Source: the human T2T-CHM13v2.0 reference genome, Homo sapiens
Strand: one strand, 5' to 3'
Assembly (NCBI RefSeq): GCF_009914755.1
Contig: NC_060944.1
DNA: 64,000 nucleotides
Below are positions 13,850 through 27,000 of the stretch, one piece after another. The notes under the pieces were generated by a model that saw nothing but the letters and a program-made list of their open reading frames with translations, did not search any database and was not told the DNA's origin. The translations under genes and the position numbers were made by a program. Within the stretch, counting starts at the first letter, position 1, and every line of letters starts with the position of its first letter.

Positions 13850-15270
13850 ATGCAATGGAATCAACCCGATTGGACTGGAATGCAATGGAATGGAATGGAA
13901 TGAAATGGAGTCAAACCGACTGGAAGGGAATGGAATGGAATGCAATGGAATCAACTCGAATGGAATGGAATGGAATGGAATGGAATGGAATGGATTGGAA
14001 TGGAATGGAATGGAATGGATTCAGTGTGAGAGGAATGGAATGGAAGGGAGTGGAATGGAATAGAACGAAATGGAATAGAATGGAACGGAATGCAATGGAA
14101 TGGATTGAAATGGAATGGAAAGGAATAAAATCAAGTGAAATTGGATAGAATGGTTTGGAATGGAATGGAATGGAATGGAATGGAATGGAATCCACCCAAG
14201 TGCAATGGAATGGATTTAAATGGATTGGAATGAAATGGAATGGAATGGAATGGAATGGACTTCACACGAGTGCAATGGAATGGAATGGAATGGAACCAAC
14301 CCGAGTGGAATGGAATGGAATGGAAATTAATGGAATGGAATAGAATGGAATCAACCCGAGTGGAATGGAATGGAATGCAATGAAATGGTTTGGAATGGTA
14401 TGGAATGGAATGGAATGGAATGCAATGGAATGGAATCAAAGCGAGTGGAATGGAATGGAATGAAATGGAATGGAATGGAATCAACACGAGTGGAATGGAA
14501 GGGAATGGAATGGGATGGGATGGAATGGAATGGAATGCAATGCAATGGAATCAACCCGAGTAGAATGGAAAGGAATGGAATGGAATGGAAAGGAATGGAA
14601 TGGAATGGAATGGAATGGAATGGAATGGAATGGAATCCACCCGATTACAATGGAAAGGAATGGCATGGAATGGAATGGAATGGAATGGATTGGAATGGAA
14701 TACAAGGGAATGCAATGGAATGGAGTCAACAGGAATGGAATGGAATGGAACCAACACGAGTGGAATGAAATGGAAAGGAGCGGAATGGACAGGAAAGGAA
14801 TGGAAAGGAACTGAATGTAATGGAATCGAATGGAGTGGAATTGAATGGAATGAAATGGAATCAATGTGAGTGAAATGGAATGGAATGGAACGGAATGGAT
14901 GGGAATGGAATGGAATGGAATGGAATGGAATGCAATGGAATCAATGAGAGTGCAATGGATGGAATGGAATGGAGCAAATAAAAAGTAATTTATTTGAATG
15001 GAATGGAATCAACTGGAATGGAATGGAATGGAATGGAATGGAATGGAATAGAATGCCATGGAATGGAATGGAATGGAATGCCATGGAATGGAATGGAATG
15101 GAATTAACAAGAAAGGAAAGGAATGGAATGGAATGGAATGGAATGGAATGGAATGGAGAAGACGCAAACCGAGTGGAATGGAATGGATTGCAATGGAATG
15201 GAAAGGAATGAAATGGAATGCAACGGAATGGAGTGGAATGGAATGGAATGGAATGGAATGGAATGGAATG
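13850..15270 (+). repeat. Block A3: third, more diverged paralog of block A (5'-truncated)
   Basis: GGATTCAGTGTGAG at 14017, GGACTTCACACGAG at ~14257, GGAGCGGAATGGACAGG at ~14777 and GGAGAAGACGCAAACCGAG at ~15155. Confidence 0.88.
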
Positions 15271-16704
15271 GAATGGAATCAATGCAAGTGTAATTGAATG
15301 GAATGGAATGGAATGGAATGGAGTGGAATTGATTGGAATTGATATGAATGGAATGGAATCAACCGGAATGGAATGGACTGGAATGGAATGGAATGGAATG
15401 GAATCAACTAGAATGGAAAGGAATGGAATGCAATGCAATGGAATGGAATGGAATGGAATGGAATCAACCCTTGTGAAATGTAAACCAAAGGAATGGAATG
15501 GAATGGAATGGAATTAAATGTAATGGAATCAACAAAAGTGGAATGGAATGGAAGGGAATACAACGGAATAGAATGGAATGGAATGGAATAAACCAGAGTG
15601 TAATGGAAGGGAATGGAATGCAATGGATTCGATTGGAATTAAATTAACTCCATTGGAATGGAGTGGAATGGAATGGAATGGAATGCAAAGAAGCCGATTG
15701 GAATGCAGTGGACTGCAAAGGAATGGAATTGAAAGGGATGGAATGGAATGGAATGGAATAGAATGCAATGGAATGGAATGGAGTGGAATGGAATTAACAA
15801 AAGTGGAATGGAAGGGAATGGAATAGAATGGAATGGAATGGAATGGAATGGAATGGAATGGAATCAACCCGAGTGGAATGGAATTGACGGGATTGGAATG
15901 GAATGTAATGAACCCGAGTGGAATTGAATGGAATGGAATTGAATGGAATTAACCCGAGTGAAATGGAATGGAAAGGAACTGAATGGAATTTAATGGAATG
16001 GAATGGAATGGAATGGAATGGAATGGAATGGAATGGAATGGTGTCGAATAGAATGGTATGGAATGGAATGAACCCTCGTGGAATGGAATGGAATGGAATG
16101 GAATGGAATGGAATGGAATGGAATGGAATGGAATGGAACAGAATGGAACGGAATCTTCCGCAGTGGAATGGAATGGAATGGAATAGAATCAACCTGAGTG
16201 GAATGGAATGGAATGCAATGAAATGTTATAGAATGGTTTAAATGGAAAGGAATGGAATCGAAACGAGGGGAATGGAATGGAATGGAAACGAATGGAATGG
16301 AATGGAATGGAATGGAAACAACCCTAGTGGAATGGAACGAAATGCCAAGGAATGGTATGCAATGGAATGGAATGGAATAGAATGGAATCAAAACGAGTGG
16401 AATGCAATGGAATGGAATGGAATAGATTGGAATGAAACCGAGTGGAATGGAATGCAATGGAATGGAATGAAATGGAATGGAATGGAATGGAATGGAATGG
16501 AATGGAATGGAATGGAATGCAATAGCGCGGAATGGAATGGAATGGAAGGGAATGGAATGGAATGGAATGCAATGGAATGGAATAGACTGCGACGGAATGG
16601 AATGGAATGGTATTGAATGGAAACGATAGGAATGCATTCGAATGGAATCGAATGTAATCTACTTTTAATGGAAGGGAATGGAATGGAATGGAATGGAATG
16701 GAAT

Positions 16705-19700
16705 CAATTATATTGGAATGGAATGGAATGAAATGGAATGCAATGGAATGGAAAGGAATGCAATCAACCCGTGATAATGGAAAGCAAAGGAATGGAATAG
16801 AACGGAATGGAATCAACAAAAGTGGAAAGGAAGGGAATGGAATAGAATGGAATGGAATGGAATGGATTGGAAGGCAATGGAGTCAACCCAAATGGAATCG
16901 AATGTTATGGAATGAAATGGAAGGGAACGAAATGGAATGGAATGGCATGGAATGGAATGGGATGGAATGCAATTAAACCGAGTGGAGTGTAATGGATTTG
17001 AATGGAATGGAATGGAATAAATTGCAATGGAATGGAATGGAATGCAATGGAATGGAATCAACCCGTCTGGAATGGAATGGAATGGAAAGGAATGGAAAGC
17101 AAGGCAATGGAATGGAATGAACTGCAATGGAATGGAATGGAATGGAATGGAATGGAATGGAATGGATTGGAATCAAACCGAGTGGAATGGAATGGAATGG
17201 CATGAAATGGAATGGAATGGAATGGAATGAAATCAACCTGAGTGGAATGGAATGGAATGGAATGGCATGGAATAGAATGGAATGGAGTGGATGAGAATCA
17301 ATCTGAGTGGAATGCAAAGGAATGGAATTGAATGAAATGGAATGGAATAGAATGAACCAGAGTGGAATTGAGTGGAATTGACCGGAATGGAATGGAATGG
17401 AATGTAATGGAATGGAATGGAATAAACCCGATTCGAATGCAATGGAAGGGAATGGAATCGAATGGAATGCAATGGCTTTGAATGGCATCAACAAGAGTGG
17501 AGTGCAATGGAATGGAATGGATTGGAATGGAATGGAATCCACACGAGAGGAATGTAATGGAAAGGAATGGAAAGGAATGGAATCAACCCGAGTCGAATGG
17601 AATGCTATGGAATGAAATGGAATGGAATGGAATGGTATGGAATGGAATGGAATGGAATGGAAAGGAAAGGAATGCAATTGAATCAAAACGAGTGGAATGG
17701 AAAGGAATGGAAAGGAATGGAATGGAATTCAATAGAATCAACACGAGTGGAATGGAAAGAAAGGAATTTAATGGAATGGAAAGGAATGGACTGGAATACA
17801 ATCCAGTGTACAGGAATAGAATGGAATGGAATGGAATGGAATAAATTCGAATGGAATGGAATGGAATGCAATGTAATATGATGGAAAGGAATAGAATGCA
17901 CCCGAATGGAATGGAAAGGAATGGAATGGAATGGAATGGAATGGAATGGAATGGATTGGAATGGAATCAACGCGAGTGGAATGCAAAGGAATAGAATGGA
18001 ATGGAATTAAATGGAATGGAATGGAAAGGAATGGAATGGAATGGAATGGAATGGAACGGAATCGAATGGAATGGAATGGAATGGAAAGGAATGGAATCAA
18101 CCCGAGTGGAATGGAATGGAATGGAATGCAATGTAATGGAATGGAATCAACCCGAGTGGAATGCAATGGAATGGAATGGAATGGAATGGAATGGAATGGA
18201 TTGGAATCAACAATGCGTGGAATGTATTGCATTTGAATAGACTGGAATGAACCCGAGAGGAATGGAATGGAATGGAATGGAATGGAATGGAATGGAATGG
18301 AAGGGAATGGAGTGGAATGGAATGGGATGGAATGGAATGAACCATAGTGGAATGGAATGGAATGGAATGGAATGGAATGGAATGGAATGGAACGGAATCA
18401 AGCCGAGTGGAATGAAATGGAATGGAACAGAATCAACCTGAGTGGAATGGAATGGAATGCAATGAAGTGGTATGAAATGTTTAGAATGGAATGGAATGGA
18501 CTCAAAACGAGTGGAATGGAATGGAATGGAAATGAATGGAATGGAGTGGAATGGAAACAACCCGAGTGGAATGGAATGGAATGCAATAGAATGGTATGGA
18601 ATGGAATGGAATGGAATAGAATGGAATCAAAACGAGTGGAATGGAATGGAATGGAATGGAATGGAATGGAATGCAATGGCATGGAATGGAATGGAATGAA
18701 ATGGAATGGAATGGCATGGAATGGAATGGAATGGAATGGAATGGAATGGAATTGAATGGAATGGATTGGAATGTGTTGGAATGGAATCGAATGGAATCAA
18801 CTGGAATGGAAGGGAATGGAATGGAATGGAATCAGTTAGATTGGAATGGCATGGAATGGAATGGAATGCAATGGAATGTAATGGAATGGAATCAACCCGT
18901 GTGGAATGTAATGCAAAGGAATGGTATGGAATGGAATCAACCAAAGTGGAATGGAACGGAATGGAATAGAATGGAAGGGAATGGAATGGAATCCAATGGA
19001 GTCAACCCAAATGGAATCGAATGGAATCGAATGCAATGGAATGGAAAGAAATGGAATCGAATGGAATGGAATGAAATGGAATGGAATGGAATGGAATGAG
19101 ATGGGATGCAATGGAATTAAAACGAGTGGAGTGGAATGGAATGGAATGGAATGGAATGGAATGGAATGGAATGGAATGGAATAAATTAGAATGGAATGGA
19201 AAGCAATGCCATGGAACGGAATCAACCCCTGTGGAGTGGAATGGAATGGAATGGCATGGAAAGCAATTGAATGGAATGGAATCAACCAGAGTGCAATGGA
19301 GTGGAATGGAATGGAATGGAATGGAATCAACCCGAGTGAAATGGAATGGAAAGTTACGGAATGGAATGGAATGGAATGGAATGGAATGGAATGGAATGGA
19401 ATGGAATGCAATGGAATGGAATTAACCCGAGTAGAATGGCATGGAATGGAATGGAATGGAATGCATTTCAATGGAATGGAATGGAATGGAATGTAGTCAA
19501 CGCGAGTGGAATGGATTGGAATGGAATGGAAGGGAATGGAATGGAATGGAATCAACCCGAGTGGAATGGATGGGAGTGGAATGGAATGGAATGGCTAGGA
19601 ACGGAATGGATTGGAGTGGAATGGAATGGAGTGGAATAGAATGGAATTCAATGGATAGGTATGGAAGGGAATCGAGTGGAATGGAATGGCATGGAAGAGA

Positions 19701-20875
19701 ATGGAAGGAATGGAAAGGAATCAAGCCGAGTGGAATCGAAAGGAATGGAATGGAATTGAATGGAATGGATTGGAATTGACAAAACCCGATTGGAATGCAA
19801 TGGAATGGAACGGAATGAAATGAAATGGAAAGGAATGGAACGGAATCAAAGCGATGGGAAAGGAATGCAAAGGAATGAAATGGAATGGAATCCACCCGAG
19901 TGAAATGGAATGGAATGGAATGGAGTGGAATCAACCCAAGTGGAATGGAATCGAATTGAATGGAATGGATTGGAATGGAATGGAATGGAATGGAATGGAA
20001 TGGAATGGAATGGAATTACCCAGAGTGAAATGGCATGGAAAGGAACGGAATAGAATTTAATGGAATAGAATGGAATGGAATGGAATCAACCCGAGTGGAA
20101 TTGAATGGAATGAAATGGAATGCAATGTAATGGAATGGAACCAATAAGAGTGGAATGGATTGGAATGGAATGGAATGGAATGAAAGGGAATGGATAAAAC
20201 GTGAATGGAATGGAATGGAATGGAATGGAATGGAATGGAAAAGAATGGAATGGAATGGAATACACCAGAGTGGAATGGAATAGAATGGAATGGAATGGAG
20301 TGGAATTAACCCCAGTGGAATGGAATGGAATGGAATGGAATGGAATGGAATGGAATGGAATGGAATGGATTGGAATCAAACCGAGTGGAATGGAATGGAA
20401 TGCAATGGAATGGAATGGGATGGAATGGAATCAAACCGAGTGGAGTGGAATGGAATTGAATGGAATAAATTGGAATGGAAAGGAATGGAATGGAATGAAA
20501 TGGAAAGGAATGGAATAGAATCAACCACAGTGGAATGGAATGGAATGGAATGGAATGGAATGGAATGGAATGGAATGGAATCAACCCGAGTGGAATGGAA
20601 TTTAATTAAATGGAATGGAATGGAATGAACCCGAGTGGAATGGAATGGAATGGAATTGAATGGAATTAACCCGAGTGAAACGGAATGGAAAGGAACGGAA
20701 TGGAATTTAATGGAATGGAATGGAATGGAATGGAATGGAATGGAATCAACTTGAGTGGAATGGAATGAAATGGAATGGAATGGAAAGCAATGGAATTGAA
20801 TGGAATCAACCAGAGTTGAATGGAATTGAATGGAATGGAATGGAAGGGAATCAACCAAATGGAATGGAATGGAAT
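16705..20875 (+). repeat. Block B2 (~4.2 kb), paralog of B1
   Basis: Same landmark order as B1 at an offset of ~13.3-13.45 kb, with scattered substitutions. Confidence 0.88.
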
Positions 20876-23210
20876 TGAAACAAACCGAGTGAAATGGAAT
20901 GGAAAGCTACGGAATGGAATGATTTGGAATCAAACCGAGTGGAATGGAATGGAATGGAATGGAATGGAACGGAATGAAATCAACCTGAGTGGAATGGAAT
21001 GGAATGGAATGGAATGGAATGGAATGGAATGGAATGGGATGGAATAGAATGGAATGGAGTGGATTAGAATCAATCTGAATGGAATGGAAAGGAATGGAAA
21101 GGAATGCAATTGAATGGAATGGAATGGAATGGAATGGAATTGAATAGAATCAACCAGAGTGGAATGGAGTGGAATGGAACGGAATGGAATGGAATGCAAT
21201 GGAATAAATCCGAGTAGAATGCAATGGAAAGGAATGGAACCAAATGGAATGGAATGGCATTGAATGGGATCAACACGAGTGGAATGGAATGGAATGGAAT
21301 GGATTGGAATTGAATGGAATTCACCAGAGTGGAATATAATGGAAAAGAATGGAATGTAGTGGAATCAACCCGAGTGGAATGGAATCGTATAGATTGAAAT
21401 GGAATGGAATGGAATGGTATGGAATGGAATGGAATGGAATGGAATGGAAAGGAAAGGAATGCAATGGAATCACAACGAGTGGAATGGAATGGAATGGAAA
21501 GGAATGGAATGGAATTCAATAGAATCAACCAGAGTGGAATGGAATGGAAAGGAACTGAATGGAATGGAATTGAATGGAATGGAATCCAATCCAGTGTAAG
21601 GAAATGGAATTGAATGGAATGGAATGGAATGGAATGGACTGGACTGTAATAAATTCGAGTGGAAAGGAATGGAATGCAATTTAATATAATGGAAATCAAT
21701 GGAATCCACCCGAATGGAATGGAAAGGAATGGAATGGAATGGAATGGAATGGAATGGAATGGAATGTATTGGAATGGAATCAACTCGAGTGGAATGGAAA
21801 GGAATGGAATGGAATGAAATGGAATGGAATGGAATGGAATGGAATGGAATGGAATAGAATGGAAATGAATGGAATCAACCCGAGTTTAATGGAATGGAAT
21901 GGAATGCAATGGAATGGAATGGAATCAACATGAGTGGAATGCAATAGAATGGAATGGAATGGAATGGAATGAAATGGATTGGAATCAACCCACGTGGAAT
22001 GTAGTGGATTCAAATGGAATGGAATCAACACGAGAGGAATGAAATGGAATGGAATGGAATGGAAAGGAATGGAATGGAGTGGAATGGAATGGGATGGAAT
22101 GGAATGGAATGGAATGGGATGGGATAGAATGGAATGGAATGGAATGGAATGGAATGGAATGGAATGGAATCAACCCTAGTGGAATGGAATGGAATGTAAT
22201 GGAATGGAATGGAATCAACCTGAGTGGAATTGAATTGAATGCAATGAAATGGTATGGAATGATTGGAATGGAATGGAATGGACTCAAAACGAGTGGAATG
22301 GAATGGAATGCAATGGAATGGCATGGAATGGAATGGAATGGAATGGAATGGAATGGAATGGAATAGAATGGAATGAAAGCGAGTGTAATGGAATGGATTC
22401 GAATGGAATGGTATAGATTGGAATCAAAGAGAGTGGAATGGAATGCAATGAAATGGAATCGAATGGAATGGGATGGAATGCAATGTCATGGAATGGAGTG
22501 GAATGGAATGGAATGGAATGGAATGGAATGGAATGGAATGGAATAGAGTGCAACGGAATGGAATGGCATGGAATTGAATGGAATGGATTAGAATGCGTTG
22601 GAATGGAGTAGAATGGAATCAAATGGGATGAAAGGGAATGGAATCGAATGGAATTAAATAGATTACAATGCAATGGAATGGAATGGAAAGCAATGGAATG
22701 GAATGGAATGGAATCAACACGTGTGGAATGTAACGCAAACGAATGGAATGGAATGCAATGGAATCAACAAAAGTGGAATGGAAGGGAATGGAATAGAATG
22801 GAATGGAATGGAATGGAATGCAATGAAGCCAACCCAAGTGGAATAGAATGGAATGGAATTCGACGGAGTGGAATGAAAGGGAATGGAATGGAATGGGATG
22901 GAATGGAATTAAACCCAACGGAGTGAATTGGAATTGAATGGAATGAAATGGACAGGAATGCAATGGAATGGAATCAACCCGTGTCGAATGCAATGGAATG
23001 GAATGGAATGGAATGGAATGGAATGGAATGGAATGGAATGGAATGGAATGGGAAGCAATGGAATGGAATGGAATCAACCAGAGTGGAATGCAACGGAATG
23101 GAATGGAATGGAATGGAATGGAATGGAATGGAATCAACCAGAGTGGAATGGAATGGAATGGCATGGAATGGGATCAACCGGAGTGAAATGGAATGGAAAG
23201 TTACGGAATG
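20876..23210 (+). repeat. Block C2 (~2.3 kb), paralog of C1
   Basis: Same landmark order as C1. Confidence 0.88.
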
Positions 23211-24058
23211 GAATGGAATGGGATCAACCGGAGGGAAATGGAATGGAAAGTTACGGAATGGAATGGAATGGAATGGAATGGAATCAACACGAGTGAAATG
23301 GAATTGAAAGAACGGAATGGAATTTAATGTAATGGAATGGAATGGAATGGAATCACCCCGAGTGGAATGGAATGGAATGGAATGGAATGGAATGGAATGG
23401 AACCAATAAGAGTGGAATGATTTAGAATGGAATGGAATGGAATGAAACGGAATGGAATCAACCCGAGTGGAATGGAATGGAATGATATTGAATGGAATGG
23501 AATGGAATGGAATCCACCAGAGTGCAATGGAATAGAATGGAATGGAATGGAGTGGAATTAACCCAAGTGGAATGAAATGGAATCGAATGGAATGAAGTGG
23601 AATGGAATGGAATGGAATGGATTGGAATCAAACTGAGTGAAATGGAATGGAAAGGAATGGGATGGAATAGAATGGAATGGAGGGGATTGGAATCAATATG
23701 AGTGGAATGGAAACGAATGGAATGGAATGGAAAGGAATGGATTGGAATGGAATGGAATGGAACAGAATCAACCAGAGTGGAATTGAGTTTAATGGACCGG
23801 AATGGAATGGAACGGAATGGAATAAACCCGAGTAGAATGCAAAGGAAGGGAATGGAATCGAATGGAATGGAATGGCGTTGAATGGAATCAACACAAGTGG
23901 AATGGAATGGAATGGAATGGATTGCAATGGAATGGAATCAACCCGAGTGGAATGTAATGTAATGGAATGGAATGGAATAGAATCAACCCAAGTAGAATGG
24001 AATGGTAAGGAATGAAATGGAATTGAATGGAATGGAATGGTATGGAATGGAATGGAAT

Positions 24059-27000
24059 GCAATGCAATGGAAAGGAATGCAATGGAATCAAAACGAGTGG
24101 AATGGAATGGAATGGAAAGGAATGGAATGGAATTCAATAGAATCAACGCGAGTGGAATGGAATGCAAAGGAATGGAATGGAATGGAATGGAATGGAATGG
24201 AATGGAATGAAATGGATTGGAATCAACCCGCATGGAATGTAGTGGATTCGAATGGAATGGAATCAACCCGATAGGAATGGAATGAAATGGAATGGAATGA
24301 AATGGAATGGAATGCAATGGAATTGAATGGAAAGGAATGGAGTCAAACTTACTGGAATGGAAGAGAATGGAATGGAAAGGAATGGAATGGAGTGGAATGC
24401 AATGGAATCAACCCGACTGGACTGGAATGGAATGGAAGGTAATGGAATGAAATGGAGTCAAACCGACTGGAATGGAATGGAATGGAATGCAATGGAATCA
24501 ACTCGAATGGAATGGAATGGAATGGAATGGAATGGAATGGAATGGAATGGAATGGAATGGAATGGAATGGAATGAAATGGATTGGAATGGAATGGAATGG
24601 ATTCAGTGTGAGAGGAATGGAATGGAAGGGAGTGGAATGGAATAGAACGAAATGGAATAGAATGGTTTGGAATGCAATGGAATGGATTGAAATGGAATGG
24701 AAAGGAATAAAATCAAGTGAAATTGGATGGAATGGATTGGAAAGGAATGGAATGGAATGGAATGGAATGGAATGGAATGGAATCCACCCAAGTGCAATGG
24801 AATGGATTTGAATGGATTGGAATGGAATGGAATGGAATGGAATGGAATGGACTTCACACGAGTGCAATGGAATGGAATGGAATGGAACCAACCAGAGTGG
24901 AATGGAATGGAATGGAAACTAATGGAATGGAATGGAATGGAATCACAGCGAGTGGAATGGAATGGAATGCAATGAAATGGTTTGGAATGGTGTGGAATGG
25001 AATGGAATGGAATGCAATGGAATGGAATCAAAGCGAGTGGAATGGAATGGAATGAAATGGAATGGAATGGAATCAACACGAGTGGAATGGAAGGGAATGG
25101 AATGGGATGGGATGGAATGGAATGGAATGCAATGCAATGGAATCAACCCGAGTAGAATGGAAAGGAATGGAATGGAAGGGAATGGAATGGAATGGAATGG
25201 AATGGAATAGAATGGAATGGAATGCAATGGAATCCAAGCGATTAGAATGGAAAGGAATGGCATGGAATGGAATGGAATGGAATGGAATGGAATGGAATGG
25301 AATACAAGGGAATGGAATGGAATGGAGTCAACTGGAATGGAATGGAATGGAACCAACACGAGTGGAATGAAATGGAAAGGAGCGGAATGGACAGGAAAAG
25401 AATGGAAAGGAACTGAATGTAATGGAATCGAATGGAGTGGAATTGAATGGAATGAAATGGAATTAATGTGAGTGAAATGGAATGGTATGGAACGGAATGG
25501 ATGGGAATGGAATGGAATGGAATGGAATGGAATGCAATGGAATCAATGAGAGTGCAAAGGAATGGAATGGAATGGGGCAAATAAAATGGAATTTATTTGA
25601 ATGGAATGGAATCAACTGGAATTGAATGGAATGGAATGGAATGGAATGGAATGGAATGGAATGGAATAGAAAGCCATGGAATGGAATGGAATGGAATGCC
25701 ATGGAATGGAATGGAATGGAATTAACAAGAATGGAAAGGAATGGAATGGAATGGAATGGAATGGAATGGAATGGAATGGAGAGGAGGCAAACCGAGTGGA
25801 ATGGAATGGATTGCAATGGAATGGAAAGGAATGGAATGGAATGGAATGGAATGCAACGGAATGGAGTGGAATGGAATGGAATGCAATGCAATGGAAAGGA
25901 ATGCAATGGAATCAAAACGAGTGGAATGGAATGGAATGGAAAGGAATGGAATGGAATTCAATAGAATCAACGCGAGTGGAATGGAATGCAAAGGAATGGA
26001 ATGGAATGGAATGGAATGGAATGGAATGGAATGGAATGGAATGAAATGGATTGGAATCAACCCGCATGGAATGTAGTGGATTCGAATGGAATGGAATCAA
26101 CCCGATAGGAATGGAATGAAATAGAATGGAATGAAATGGAATGGAATGCAATGGAATTGAATGGAAAGGAATGGAGTCAAACTTAATGGAATGGAAGAGA
26201 ATGGAATGGAAAGGAATGGAATGGAGTGGAATGCAATGGAATCAACCCGACTGGACTGGAATGGAATGGAAGGTAATGGAATGAAATGGAGTCAAACCGA
26301 CTGGAATGGAATGGAATGGAATGGAATGGAATGGATTGGAATGGAATGGAATGGATTCAGTGTGAGAGGAATGGAATGGAAGGGAGTGGAATGGAATAGA
26401 ACGAAATGGAATTGAATGGAATGGAATGTAATGGAATGGATTGAAATGGAATGGAAAGGAATAAAGTCAAGTGAAATTGGATGAAATGGATTGGAATGGA
26501 ATGGAATGGAATGGAATGGAATGGAATGGAATCCACCCAAGTGCAATGGAATGGATTTGAATGGATTGGAATGGAATGGAATGGAATGGAATGGAATGGA
26601 ATGGACTTCACACGAGTGCAATGGAATGGAATGGAATGGAACCAACCAGAGTGGAATGGAATGGAATGGAAATTAATGGAATGGAATGGAATGGAATCAA
26701 CCCGAGTGGAATGGAATGGAATGCAATGAAATGGTTTGGAATGGTGTGGAATGGAATGGAATGGAATGCAATAGAATGGAATCAAAGCGAGTGGAATGGA
26801 ATGGAATGAAATGGAATGGAATGGAATCAACAAGAGTGGAATGGAAGGGAATGGAATGGGATGGGATGGAATGGAATGGAATGCAATGCAATGGAATCAA
26901 CCCGAGTAGAATGGAAAGGAATGTAATGGAAGGGAATGGAATGGAATGGAGTGGAATGGAATGGAATGGATTGGAATGGAATGCAATGGAATCCAAGCGA

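Larger units (their letters stand above)
1..24403 (+). repeat. ~24.4 kb higher-order repeat unit, copy 1 (phase set at window start)
   Basis: The window start GGAATCAACCCGACTGGACT, followed by the CAACTCGAAT variant, recurs at 24404 and 48792. Once-per-unit landmarks: ACTAGT at 8235/32638/57001 and GTTAAC at 12957/37350/61693. GGATTCAGTGTGAG occurs at 181, 1940, 14017 / 24599, 26353, 38390 / 48962, 50721, 62748. Confidence 0.95.

Noticed and set aside
15460-16675. Possible transposon or unique-sequence insertion in the diverged block
   Set aside because: The sequence stays in pentamer register with decamer remnants; no poly(A), target-site duplication, terminal repeat or Alu/L1 similarity.
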